A DNA stretch of 64,000 nucleotides. It comes from Lobosporangium transversale (Eukaryota). Positions 36,373-53,169 of the stretch are shown piece after piece (position 1 is the first letter of the stretch; the number at the start of each line of letters is the position of its first letter). Made by a program: the position numbers and the translations under genes. The stretch spans positions 434,001 through 498,000 of the forward strand of contig NW_019028997.1 of assembly GCF_002105155.1 (NCBI RefSeq), written 5' to 3'. The notes below the pieces were generated by a model. That model was not told the DNA's origin. It did no database searches and worked only from the letters and a program-made list of their open reading frames with translations.

Positions 36373-37144
36373 AACACGTTGTTGTTGGTGTCAATGATGC
36401 TTCCACTCTCAAGAAGTGTCCTGCATGTGATTCCTGTGGCGTAGTTTAGATACACGAATATGTTGTCAACTACGGGCACTTTGGCTACTCTATGGGCGGT
36501 CTCAAGTTGGTTGTGATAATTTGATGATCTGGGTAGTTGTATTGGAATTGCTTCGGCACAATGAGGTTTCCTTTTAAAATATGCGCCGAAGAGCTTTATT
36601 ACTATTGTTATTGTTATAATGACTAGTTATTACAAATGTGTTATTATTGCTGTTGTTATTATTGTACGTAACCCTTTTAGACTACGCTTTTATTTTATCT
36701 TGTTTTATTTCTTTACCTCTGCAACTGTCATAAAAGAAGTAGATTGAAACTGATAAAAGAGAACCATTAACTTGATCCATGTTATTCTGCTTTCAGAGGA
36801 ATTCGGTGATTTTTAAGGCTGTAGTCATCTACATGAATCATTTCAGAACTCCATTCTGACCATGAGTTGCTTGTTCGAATATCCCGTTTCTTCATACCCG
36901 AGCACGATTTTTTTTTTTTTATCAAAGTGGATGTGAATACGAATGTTAGGATCTTTTGTAATAATGCTTTCCAGTCCAATGTCAAAAGCGAGAGGCTTCA
37001 ATAGATCTAAAAATCATACGAAGAAAAGTTGTTTCTGACCAAAGATTTAATTTTGTGAGACTAATCACCATAGACGTTTCTCTTCCCCCTTTTTGATGGA
37101 CCCGTAAGAATGATGGCATAATTTGTCTTTATTGCGCCCATTCG

Positions 37145-37183
<39 letters not shown>

Positions 37184-38007
37184 GGACTCATTACACAGAC
37201 ATTCTCAAATGCAAACAGGATAGACTTGGGCCATGGAAGAAGCAAGCCAAAAAACTAATATCATCTAATTGTTGTGCACCAATAGAAGGGGTTTCTTGAG
37301 TAAAAAGAGATGAAGAGAAAGGAAATGCCTTCAATAGGCTTAAAACAAGAGAGACAATAATAAGGACAGTAACAGTGATAGCAGCAGGGGCTGAAGTAGA
37401 AGCAAAAGTGGAGGCAAAAGTAGAAGGCAGAAGAAGCAACAGCCAAAGCAGCAAAAGCAGTAGCAGTGGCAATAGCAATAGCAACAGCAACAGCAACAAC
37501 AATGGCAATAGAAAAAAGAAACAAATGTGAGAGCTAAAAAAAAAAAAATAAAAAAAAAAAAAAATAAAGTCTATTTTCATTACCATGGACTAAGAGGCAC
37601 ATGTTGAAGGAGAGGAGATCGAAAAAAGCGGATCAGTTAAATTAAATAACCTCAACGTTTTTTTACAGGTGAATGTGTGCAACCAGTCAACACCTCTCCC
37701 ACGGACACATTACTTGTTTGTCCAGACAATTTTTTTTTTTTACCCCACACTGGACCACTTTTCATCACACCAACATTCACACACTCAAATCTCTTTTAAA
37801 CTCCTTTCTCTTTCTCTTTCTCTTTCTCTCCTTTTCTCAATCCCCCTTCATTCCTAACCTCCCTACTACTACTATCACCATTACTAACTACAACAATAAC
37901 CATAACAGCAGCAGCAATAAGAACCATTCCCGTCAAATTGTTTTCGCTCTCTCCCTCTCTCTCTTACACTCTCTCTTTCCCCATCCTTCCCTCGCCTACT
38001 CCTACTC

Positions 38008-41576
<3,569 letters not shown>

Positions 41577-41929
41577 GGTGCAAGCAAAAAGGAAAAAAGG
41601 AAAAAAAAAATACTATGGACTATTTGTGTACAACATGAAAGAAAGAAAGGTGGGGGAAGAGAAAAGACAAAAAAGTTCTATTTATTGCATATCATTTTCT
41701 CCCCTGCCTACATAATTCATATCGATTTTACTTGTCAATTATTCTGCCATCAATAAAAAAAAGTGTAACAGTAATCTTACATGTTCTGAAAAAGATTGTA
41801 GATATTTTTTCTTTTTTTCATTTCTAACTTTCATAAAGACTACAATCAACATAAAAAGCACACCTCTGTTTGAAAGGTAGAAGTGGCTGTTAATTGAGGT
41901 AAAGGATATAGCAATATGAACTCTCTGCG

Positions 41930-41965
<36 letters not shown>

Positions 41966-42731
41966 AATAAGGACATTCAAAGATAAAAAAAGATAATATC
42001 TGTTGATCTGGTTCATGTCGGCAAGCCCTATCTTCAGGTCGGAGCAATTTACCTCCACAGCTCCCATGACAAATCCCTTTCTCATCTGATGTATCCGATG
42101 TATATAGTAGGGGATAGTAATGGCACACTCTACTCGACCATGCCCAAGTCGTAGGCTCGTCACCAGCCTGTGTGGCTTATGTGCATTGCACTAACGCTGG
42201 GACCAAACTTGCGATTTTAAAGGGGTCAACATTTTTTTTTTTGAAATTTTTCTAAGTCGCACGAACCGCAGGGGAATTTTTTTTTTTTTTGTCAAAGTCA
42301 AGCAGATCGTAGGGGTGAGGCTCTCTTTTTTTTGTCAAAGTCGTTTTTCCACGGGAATGGCTCTCTTTTTTGTCAAAGTCGTTTTTTTGCGAGGAAATGG
42401 CCTTGCCTCTTTCCGTCTGTACCCACTACAGTTCTCCCTCATTCTCTTTCTCTTCATCTCTCATCTCCTTTCTCTTCATCTCTCATCTTCTCTTCATCTC
42501 ACTCCCTTTTTCTCCTCCTCTTTCTTCATTCTTCTCACTAGTGCACATTAAATAGATTTTTTTTAGAACTTCACCTCTCAAAATAAAAATAACAAAACAA
42601 AAACAAAAACAAAATAAAAAATTAAAACAAAATAAAAATAAAGAATAAAACAAAAGCAAAAACAAAAAACTAAAATAAAAATAAAAACAAGTAAAAGTAA
42701 AAACAAAAAATCATAAATCAAACAATTAAAA

Positions 42732-43466
42732 ATGTTCGCACAAAAACTAACTCCTCCCATTCCCTCCGAGGATATTCGTCAAGAGGCCAAGAAAGCTTTC
42801 GGATTTGACTTGAAAAATGAACAGCTTGACATCGTGACTAAGATAGAAGAACGTCAAGATTGCATCCTAATCGCTGGTACTGGATGGGGGAAGACGTTGA
42901 TCTATTTTTTCCCTCTAATACTTTGGCCAAAAACCACCATACTCATTGTTACACCACTGAAGGTGTTGGGTGACGAGCAGGTTGAAAAGCTGACATCATT
43001 AGGCATCAATAGCATTCATCTTAAGAGCGAAATGTTCATTCCGATCCAAAGCTTGATAGAAGGACGCTATAAAGCCATATTCGTTTCACCAGAGATCCTC
43101 TTTGCGAGCAATGCGCTCAGTACACTTTGGATGGATCAGTGTTGGAAGCGCCGATTGCTTGCAGCAGTTGTGGATGAGGCACACTGCATTGGGACATGGG
43201 GTGGAAAATTCAGAACGGATTACGAGAAACTTGGATATCTGCGCTCTTTTGTAGATCGAGGCACTTGCTTTGTCGCTGTTTCTGCTACTCTACCACCTCA
43301 GCTTCTATCGAATGTCAAAATAGTGATGCGCTTCAAAGATCCCTACGTGGTCAAAGTTGGTAACGATAGGAAGAACATTAAATACATTGTGAGACGGTTT
43401 CAACATCCATCAAATTTCTATCGTAGCAGGTTTTCTCATATCGTGTGTCCTTTACAATGTGTTTAA
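42732..43466 (+). pseudogene. Truncated RecQ-like SF2 helicase, probably transposon-borne (Kolobok-H/Academ-H type)
   Basis: AGTGWGKT, IVTPLKVL, VDEAHCIGTWGGKFRTDY..LG.LR and SAT motifs; similarity stops near 43420 before the helicase C domain; intronless. Confidence 0.8.
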
Positions 43467-43629
43467 GGAAAATGGAAAGGAAGAGATGCTTATCTTAAAA
43501 GCATATCAGGTACAGTTCTGAACGTAACATTTTCTCGACAGAAACAAATAAAGGATGAGATCAACAACATTTTGCCTCTCTGCACTCATACTCCCTTGTA
43601 ACCTTGTAATCTTGTAACACTGTACAATC

Positions 43630-46600
43630 ATGTCAACCAGTAATATTATCGATTATCTCCTTGAATGATGCTTGCTTGATCGAATGCTCCTCTGATGTGA
43701 CCTGGAATGGCTTGTCGGGCCCCAACACAAAACTTGTGGGTGGAAAGATAGGAATAGACAATAGAAACAACTTGCTACTTGCTTGAGAAAATTCTGATGA
43801 TGCAGCTGCGGCAATCCGCTTGGTGTGCTCACTTCTCCTTGCTCAGGTTTATTGAATAGCGATATTTTAATTTATCTATTAGTGCTATATTACAAAATTG
43901 TGTCTGTGCCATTGTCATAAACAATGGCGAGTAAAAAGAAGTAAAAGAAACGGTCGCTACTTTTTCCTTAGTCCCTTATCTCTGCTTGGCCTATCGGGCT
44001 TGTTGTCCTCCACTTGAGTCGACTCACTTTTTCTTTTATTTGATCCGCTGGGTTTGCTCAGCTCTTCCCTATTTTCCATAGCTTGAGCTTTATCGGCAAT
44101 TCTCTTTGATGTCCTCCTTGCCTCCTTCTCCCTCATCCTCCACAACTCGAGTCAATTCTGGCTTCTTGAGGGACTCCCTTGCGCTTTCAAGGAAGTTCAA
44201 CAAGCTAATTTTAAGGACGTCGTTTCTATTCGTTTGTCTTTGATGGCAGGAACTTCTTTGGCTTTAGCTACTGAATAATCGCCTTGTTCATGATAAGACA
44301 ACATGATAAGGCAACTTGATAAGTAAGGCCTAAACAACAGCAACAAGAATATGTCATTCGAGCAAAAAACGGGTAGAGAGGATGATGATGAGAGGTGCTC
44401 CTTGAGGCAATTATGGCAAGTTGTATTGTGGGCATCCTTAATTCTTGACCCTATCACCGATTTTTGACTGTACGGAAACAGGATAATATTTACCCTCCGA
44501 TTCCAGTACAAAGACGATATCTGGTCCAGACGGGTTCTCTTTTGGAAACAAAAAAAAAGCGAGATTAACTTGGATTTATGTATTGAGTCTTTATTACAGT
44601 GAGTATCCAAGAATTCGTTCATTGTTATAATTCTGGAAGATTGAAATTAAACAAAGCGGGACTGAAATACTCAAAATGTGTGCCCTTTGTGCCAGACGTA
44701 GGGGCGTCTAGCAACACACTATTAACCAATTTAACCAATCCAGGGTCATCCACTTCAAATAAGTTAAATGCTATTGGCTCAACGATAATCGTAAACTCCT
44801 TCTTCCTTTGATTAACGACAATTCGAGCAAACGAAGCCTCGACCGGAACAGGCTCATTGTATTCCAATATCAAGTCTTTACTATATAGTAATCTATTCAT
44901 TCTTTACGGCTCGACCGAAGGTTTCCCTGATGTCGACACTGGTTTTAATTCCTGTATCCCCTTTGTTGATACGCTTCAGAATCCTTGATTACTCATGGCA
45001 TAGATTACCAGATTCTTCATATCCTGGATCAGTGAGCGACCACACCAGGCCCTTGATTTCTTGCTTCCAAAGGCCGGCATCGGCACGTCCAATGACGTTC
45101 TCTATTATAGTGATCATTGGACGGAGACGACCACAGGGCCAAGCATATAGCATCTCGATTGCTTGATCATTAAAATGATCTCTCAGCTTTGATGCAGTGC
45201 TTGAGGAACTTTATTTCTCCAAATATCGCACAAGTGTCTTGAAGTATGTCCGGACTTTTGCTTGATTATCCCATCTAAGAAACGATACTGCACTCTTGAA
45301 CCTCGAGTCATCGAGAACTTCTCGATATTCCTTGAAGCTTTGCCAGTTCTCTTAACCCAAGCAGGATCATAAATACAAAAGCCTATCCCGCAAGGAACTA
45401 TGCAAATTCGTGGTAAATCCCCTGATAAGCCCTCCAATCCATGAAAGAATTCTGATAATATTGGTCGCATAGTGTCGTCGTTATTAATACACTGGTATTT
45501 AGCCTCCCCTCCCCATATCCTGCGCCTCGTTCAAAACAACCAAAAACCTAGAGTTGCTTTGATGCCGCTCCGAAAGGGCCCTGATTAGATTGTCGAACCA
45601 ATCTTGCAGGAGCTTGTCAAGGCAATTAAAGCCAACTCCACCAAGTAATTCTGCTACTTTTGTGAAGAGTGCTGGGAATAAATCTGTCCTGGATGGAACC
45701 GAGTTTCCTCAATGGACTTCTCCAAGGACCTGTGGACACACTTGCAATAGCATCCATTGGCTAGGCGTCATTCTACCTTCGGACAAGTAAAAAGGGTAAA
45801 TTGATGAGTATCAAATATAAAACATAAAGGCATTTTTGTTTACGTTCTTCAAGGGGTATACGAAAACCAAACTGCGATTAACCGCCTATGAACGCAAGAC
45901 ACAGAACATTTGGTGAGATTATAAACAAGCGTGGATATCCCAGACATCAAGGACCTTTTCCTCCTAATCTCCCATCCGTCTAGCATGGCTCCCAAGGTAA
46001 TTGATGTGAGAGGGGATGATTCTGGCGAGATTGATGCCCTCAACAGCATGTAGCATTAATATACCGAGAACTATGAATATACTGACGACACAATCCAATA
46101 TTGTATCACATTTTACCGGTCAAGCGCGTGGCAGCCTTGGCCACATTCTTGATGTTTTTTTATTCCATGTCCCTGGACGCCTAGAGATTCAAGACGCACC
46201 GTCTTCACATACTGACACTGAATTGGCCGAACATACAACTAATATGATCTCATTGATCACAGGTTGCCATTCCGTGTACGCACCATGGGGCTTAAACGAC
46301 ATTTATGTCTTTAGAGCGGAGCTGTCATCTTAGCTCCTGGTTAAACATTCTGGCGCCTTGGATGATAATAATTGATGGGTCTTCCGCAAGTGGCAAGCAT
46401 CCAGATGACAAACATATGAGAAAGGATAATTTCCTATGCCAGCTGTCCTGGTGATAATAATATGGTTTTGGGTCTCATCATCAGACTCTCACTGGGTTCT
46501 CCACAGGATTCTTCATCTCTATCCGTTTTTACAAAACTCTTTGATAATAGTATCACAAAATCCTGCACACAAGATCGCATGATGATCACAGGAAGCTTTA

Positions 46601-46707
46601 TAAAGTTCTATATGCCCCAGTAGAAGGGAGGACGGATTAAACCGCTCTATCTATTCGTCTAAAAGGTAAGTGGATGATGATGGCTTCATTCATAAAGAAT
46701 GAGCCAT
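43630..46707 (-). pseudogene. Mosaic Crinkler-type pseudogene region: REase relic (43630-43790), LDEAQ-type NTPase relic (about 43957-45800), NTPase N-terminal relic (about 46340-46707)
   Basis: 43654-43786 matches 47041-47177 at DNA level; MTPSQWMLLQVCP, FLVVLNEAQ, RPILS and GRLRP pieces; HIIITRTAGIG resembles YFVTGTPGIGKS; many stops. Confidence 0.7.
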
Positions 46708-46785
46708 TGTAAAAAATTCTCAAGGAACGGGTATAATGCTTTTTTTAAAAAAGACAAAATTTCATCCACTTGATTGGTATTCGAT

Positions 46786-49206
46786 TTAATTCTTCAGATT
46801 CGTACCGGCTGCTCCTCCTGAATATGCAGCTTCGATGTCGATTTTTATGACACGCTGTCTTACATGTTTTAAGCATACATATGGATTCTTGACGACCGTA
46901 TCTTTGGTGGTAAGAAAGTTCTGAACTTTAAAATTATCATATATGTTTCCTGGCACCGCAAAATAGAGGAAAATGGTATCATCACTTCCCTTCGACTTTG
47001 ATTGGTCTCCCTTCAAGCAGGGTCCAGTAATATATTCAATTATCTCCTTGAATGGTGCTTGCTTGATCGGATGCTCCTCTGATACTGTAACCTGAAATAG
47101 CTTGTTGGGCCCCAATGCAAAATCAATGCACGGAAAGGTGGGTATAGATGGTACAAACAACTTGTCAGCTGCTTGAGTGAGCCCTGATAATTCATTTGAA
47201 GTCCGGATATGCACCACTTCTGGTTTTGCTGGAAAATCAAGAAATCCTGTTTCGCCTGACTGAAGATCCCTAAAGGGAAATCTAATATCACCACGTCGAA
47301 ATAAGTGATAAGCATAGACTTCAAACAGTGGGCCTTTATCTATATCCTCTCCGCGTTTGACAAGTTTCGTCAACACATCGCGCCAAGTGTCATCTTTCAT
47401 TTCCTCGATAATCCGTGATTCGACCCAACGAGATGCCCATACCAGGTGGAAGCCGAAGTGGTCAGAAGTGGGAACTCTATGGAGTAAACGACCACTAAAT
47501 TCACTCGCTTCTTTTCCTCGTGCAAAGAGCGCTACAAGATCTGCTGGGTTCCTGACTGCGTTAATGGCAGCATTGACGCGGGAAAACGCAGCGTCTTTAG
47601 CGCGGTTAATATCTTTTTGCTTTTCAGATAGTACATCGACTGGACACTGTAGAACCTGTCTTGGCACTCCCCCCAACTTGTAAAAAAGCTCCTCCAAAAA
47701 TTCTTCATCCATTGGATGATAATCCTCTACATTGGCTCTACATTCCTTAAGCTCGTCCAAACTCCAGAGTGACATGTGATAGTAGCTAATTGGTGTAGTT
47801 TCCTTGCTGAGTTCAGCGTACTGCTCATTGAGAGTTTTTGGTGATGCCGCAAATATCGTCCTGGCTATACCTGGTTGAGGATTTTCACCACTATCAACTA
47901 AATACCACGTTTCACGTTGGTCAAGGAAATCTTCGAACATCGTTATATTCCCTTTACGTTGGCAAGTTGTTCCTCCATAAACATAACAATTGGTATTCTT
48001 CTTTTCATGGAAAACAATAATCGGTGGATTCTCTTCGTCATGCTCTGCAAGGAGGCGGACGGCAAAGTAGACCAAAAAGGCTGACTTCCCAATTCCAGGC
48101 GTTCCAGTGACAAAGTATCGGTTCTTGCGCCATCTTGTACGAGGAGTCTTGATTAAGGTTGTAATATGGTCATAAAGCTTTTTATATTCTTCTCTGATAT
48201 AAAGATGCCTTGTTCCGACAACAGGGAAGACACGACCCTCAGGGGCAGTCAATATTTTGGAACCCTTGATACCACCAGAATTTCGGAGCTCGCGAGCCAC
48301 GCTAATAATGCTGTGGTAAATACTACCTCTTGATGCCGCCCCCATGTACGAAAGCAGCTTGACCCTCTCTTTCGAGTTGAGAGGCGAGATGTCAGGGTCA
48401 CCATCCACTATCCCTTTCGTTACAAGCCCTGCTTCTGTAATCGCATCCATAAGAGCATCTCTACTTATACTTGGACGAGCTTTTTTAGAGGGTGAGTCTG
48501 ATAAAGGAGATAGAGTGATCAAAGTTAATATTCTTGATTTATTGCACATCACTCTAAAATGATCAATAACCAGGTTCTCGGCCAAAAGCACTCACCAGAA
48601 TCTCCATCTTGTTTTCTTTTCTGAGCTAAGTATCAAAAGCGAATAATGAGAAAGAACGTTGAGTTATCAAGACACAAACCAAATGGTGATATTATGCACA
48701 TGGCCGTTTAAGATATAAACCAAGCTTCATCAGCTGGAAATATCAACAATCAGTCCATCAAGAGCCAAAGATATACCTCGCTGTGGTGGCTTGACAAAAA
48801 CATGGATAGTTTCCTTTGGAAGTTCAGAATTAAATATGTCCCCAAGCTCCTTTGATGCGACTGTAAGAGCCTCTTTTGACTCGATTTCTGACTCAAAGAT
48901 GGCCTCGCCTTTGTCAGGGATGGAGACCTTGTAGAGGATGAGCTTATCTGCAGCAACATGATCAAGTTCTGGCTTCTTTGCTACCTTGATGGCTTGCTTG
49001 AGCATCCCGACCGTTTTATCGCAGAAAATCTCTACTGGGAACGACGTTGCTTCTCCCTCGACAACGCAGTTCAGCAGCAGCAGTGGGATGGCGCGCTTTT
49101 TTCGTTGTGGGTGCTGGTTTGCTCTTTTTCGTTTATTGAGTGTGGAGGCATCCTCAGGCTTATTTGCAGTCATTTTTTTTTGTGCTTGGCTCCTTGTGGT
49201 GGCCAT
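46786..49206 (-). CDS. Crinkler (CRN)-family protein: ubiquitin-like header + P-loop NTPase + restriction-endonuclease-fold domain; exons 49206-48777, 48625-48596, 48497-46786
   Basis: LNCVVEGE..SFPVEI...VGMLKQAIK...LILYKV...IHVFVKPP header; GTPGIGKS Walker A; WYLVDS; GGVPR; FPCIDF...LFQVTVSEEHPIK; in-frame GT-AG introns; basic NLS-like KRKR and KKAR. Confidence 0.9.
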
Positions 49207-49345
49207 TGAAAATTAAGATGAGTGGGACTGAGTGTGGTTGAAATGCAGGGAGAATGATGGTTAAATAGGCAAAGGTATATTCTATACTCTTTCACACTCG
49301 TGGTCGCTGTATGAAAACAAAAATGAAAAATGTGTAAGGCAAAAA

Positions 49346-49385
49346 AAAGGAAAGGAAAGGAAAGGAAAGGAAAGGAAAGGAAAGG
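49346..49385. repeat. (AAAGG)n microsatellite
   Basis: About 8 units directly visible. Confidence 0.9.
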
Positions 49386-51351
49386 CAATAGATGAAGGCT
49401 TGGAATAAATAAAAGAGCAAAATTGATGGGAGCAAAACTGGGGTGAAATATGAAAAAAGTGATAAAGGAAGAGGGAGAGAGTGCAAAAATGAAGTGAAGC
49501 AAAGGAAAGAAAGGAAAGAAAGGAGCGACAATTGCAATTGATCCTTTATTTTAAGGTTAGGCGATGTGTGAGAAAATATTTTTTTCAAATCAGCCACGTG
49601 CCATTTTCTGGGTCATTGTGACGTGACAATCTTTAGTGCGCAAAGAACTCATTTCTCATTTTCCATGTCCCTCAGATAAACGTTTGTTCACACTCTACTT
49701 GCTCCCCAGGAGGACTGAAATGATCATCGAAGGGGACATTTGAAAAGGATTATAAATCTGAATTTGTCAGATGTCAACTGATCACTTTTTCCGCTTTTAC
49801 TATAATACAACTTTGATTACAGTTTATGATAGCCTTAAAAGCTTCTATTGCAATTGAGCCCCTAAGAACGATGCAGGACTGTTGTTAGAATGTCCACTGA
49901 AAGTTAAGTGGACTACTATAAAGACAATCGTTAACATACAATATGTGCGGTGTTATATGGGATTCCTGCATAAAATGGCTGTTTATTATCATTGCTTGTG
50001 CAGCAGAGGCAATATACCCTGTCAATATTTGTTCATTCCTCATATAGGCCATTCAGCTTTTTGAAGGAACATTGACACATTCTCTTGAGTTGATCATGTT
50101 ATTAAGATGTTGTGCCTGTGCACCATACAACCCTTTATGCTCATCACATACTCCTTGAAGACCCAAAAAACTCCCAAGCTTCATACCATTGTACGTTAAA
50201 AAAAAAAAAAGAGCTTGGCAATGCAAGTCACACTTGTGCAGAGATCTGAGCCTGAAGAGAAAGGGCGTGATGTTTCGATTTCCAGCACGTGCTGGAAGAA
50301 AACAAGCACAAACCTAATGCCCAAACAGCGCGAACCTGTTCTGAAAACAGCACAAACCTATTGCACAAACAGCGCTAACCTGAAGAAAAGCACACAGGCT
50401 TGTCCTTGAATAAAAAAATCCACAATCATCTGCATGCATAACAGGCTTCTTCTCTTTTCGCACTACCATTACCATTGCCATTGCCATTGCCATTGCCATT
50501 CTCATTCAATTCTCAGAGAACCTTCTGCATCATCCCTAAAGACACACTTAATACCACAAACAGTTGACAGATTAACTTTATTTGTCTGATCTTGTCTCGC
50601 AAAGCGGCCATGTACTTTAATAATTCAGCAAATGCTCGGCATCTCTGCCTCTGCTTTCTCTTTATTACTAATGTTGACTATATATAGTCAAAGCCAACTT
50701 CTACTTCCATAGCTAGGCTTCTATATCTCTATATCTCAAAGATCTTAAAGACCGATAATCATCGTCTGTGACGCCAAGTAACACTGATACGATTGTACTA
50801 GATTCTTCTCTTGCCACTCTTTTTGGGTTTAGTAAAAGAAGTCTTGCCCTGGCTTAGCAATGCTGAAGTCCCTATCCCTCAGGCACCATGGTTGTCACTC
50901 CGTGGAATATATACTTTATTCTTGAGGCAGATGTTAAGTGTAAATCATTAAAAATGGTATGAGGGATAGTTTTTTTATCATTTGTTTCTTCAACCGGCAT
51001 GGCGATACGGCATATTCTCATCGGGATATCAAAGTAAAATTTAAACATAATGCCATGTTAAAGTTGCTCTCTGGCCTATCCAATGTCCTATTAGTTGACT
51101 TGTCTTCTAACTCAAGAACGCTCTCATAAAAGAAAGGGGTGAAACGCGCCCGACATCTGCTTGATCAATACATTCTTTGAAATTGATGAGTGGTTTGTAA
51201 ATCCTCTAGTTGATCCTAGATATTAGCTTCGAGAATTAATAGATGAAGAATTACCACATTACGATGAGTAATCAGAAAAAAAGCTGCAAAGTCAAAGGAA
51301 GATGTCCTTATGTCATCACAACGGCCTGGGCCTCCGTCTGAGCATTAAAAT

Positions 51352-51449
51352 CAGTGCTCCTATTCGAACTGAAACTTTGTCAATTGATATTTATTATTTT
51401 AATCTGAAACATCATAATTGACAAAGTTTCAGTTCGAATAGGAGCACTG
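51352..51449. mobile_element. 98-bp hAT MITE with perfect 8-bp TSD
   Basis: TIR CAGTGCTCCTATTCGAACTGAAACTTTGTCAATT at both ends; ATTAAAAT at 51344-51351 and 51450-51457. Confidence 0.95.
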
Positions 51450-51615
51450 ATTAAAATATAGCGAGTTTCATTGATGGAGTCCAAAATATAGAAGCATCTT
51501 TCAGAATAAAGCGATTAAAACTTAATATTGCCGATCACTTTATACTACTTTCACAAGTAGTGGACAAAATACAACACTGTTGACGCGCAGTGTAGATAAA
51601 AACGCTTAATTTATT

Positions 51616-51897
51616 TCATTGTAAGTCTAACAAAGTCCGAATCTTCTCAAAGCTGTGACTAAAAATGATGTTGCGCACATTTCGATCCCTGAGGTTGATC
51701 CTAAGTGGAGAGAGGACTAGCCCTGCCTTACTGAACAAACGCTCAGACTCAGTTGATGTGGACTGGATACAGAGGTACGAGCGCGCGAAGTGGGCAAGAT
51801 CCCCAACTGAGATATTTTCATCGATGCCATATGGCCTCCAATAGTCCTGAGGCTTATCTTTAAAGCGATCGTGATTGTAGTCCGTACCCCTAGGCAC
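51616..51897 (-). pseudogene. hAT transposase C-terminal dimerisation domain fragment
   Basis: DYWR...LAHFARSYLCIQSTSTESERLFSKAG. Confidence 0.88.
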
Positions 51898-51931
51898 AGA
51901 CCATGTTTCTCAATTAAAGTTAAGGTCAAGC

Positions 51932-52025
51932 TTGTCACTCTTTTTGGTTAGCCCCTTTTCAAATATAAATGGTTTACTTAACAAAACTCTTATAATTGAA
52001 AAGGACTAACCAAAAAGAGCGACAA
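51932..52025. mobile_element. Small imperfect inverted-repeat element (MITE-like)
   Basis: TTGTCACTCTTTTTGGTTAG ... CTAACCAAAAAGAGCGACAA; no TSD recognised. Confidence 0.6.
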
Positions 52026-52277
52026 AGCGTCTCAAACTCATGGCCGTATTAATAGCGTTTGAATAAACCAATCATTGAGATGTGGTTATTAAAAGGCATA
52101 CGCTTGAGGCTCATAGGCGACGTTTGAAGGAACTAATGAATTATTATGCATTAATAGTTGAAGCAAGCCATCATTAAGGTCTAGTTATTCTATGCTTTAG
52201 GGGTTGAGGAAACTCATCATGGGTATCTGGTTATATACTATGTATCAAGAGTTGAAGGGACCTGCCATTGAAACCTG

Positions 52278-52278
<1 letters not shown>

Positions 52279-52345
<67 letters not shown>
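52279..52345. repeat. (TTA)n microsatellite, about 22 units
   Basis: Directly visible. Confidence 0.95.
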
Positions 52346-52351
52346 CATGTA

Positions 52352-52686
52352 CAGTCGTCCCTCAGTAATTCGCGAATTACTGAGGGAACTGGTCTGTTTT
52401 TATTCACTTCAATTCAATTTCAGTTATATTGATGGGCTCCTTTATTCTTTTTTTTTCTCATTTTTTGAATTTTTCATATTTTTTTAAACAGCCACCCTAT
52501 GTATTTTTCACTATTCTGCATACAAAACACACAAAGGGTGGCTGTTTAAAAAAATATGAAAAATTCAAAAAATGAGAAAAAAAAAGAATAAAGGAGCCCA
52601 CCAATATGTATAATTGAAATTGAATTGGAGTGAATAATAACAGACCAGTTCCCTCAAAAATTTTACGAATTACTGAGGGACGACTG
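52352..52686. mobile_element. Palindromic Tc1/pogo-type MITE (335 bp)
   Basis: TIR CAGTCGTCCCTCAGTAATTCG extended by about 140 bp of inverted arms; TA at 52350-51 and 52687-88. Confidence 0.92.
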
Positions 52687-52746
52687 TATGTATGTGAAGG
52701 GTTTAAGGAACCTATCATTGGGGTCTTCATTTTTTGGAAGGGCAAA

Positions 52747-53169
52747 TAGAGTCCTCGCCAAAAAGTCATAAACTGGATATATTTTTCAGGCTTTTAAATT
52801 GAATAGAATACTTCCATTTTTAAAATTCGTACAAACTTCAAAGTTTTAATTTTTACGGATCTGTTATCAACAAGATATTCCTCTATTCTCTTTCACAATC
52901 AAACATGCTTCCAGTATCTGGCGTAAGATCCACTGTTTCAACAGTACGAGTAAAGTAGGTTGGCAATGAGGATGAGGTTGTCCATTCCCAGCAAATTCTA
53001 GTATTTTTAATCAAGAACGACGATTGAATTGATGGCATCCAATCATTCATTCTATTCAAAAAGTATATGAATTTCTGTCTTGGTACGTAATTTTTTTGTT
53101 CTTCAAATTCTAATTCAAATTGAGTATTTTAAAATATATCCAGTTTATGACTTTTTGGCGAGGACTCTA
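52747..53169. mobile_element. 423-bp MITE with about 39-bp TIRs
   Basis: TAGAGTCCTCGCCAAAAAGTCATAAACTGGATATATTTT with its reverse complement ending at 53169; superfamily unclear because no 8-bp TSD is present. Confidence 0.88.

Noticed and set aside
49600..51340. Possible decayed genes
   Set aside because: No recognisable translated motifs by eye.
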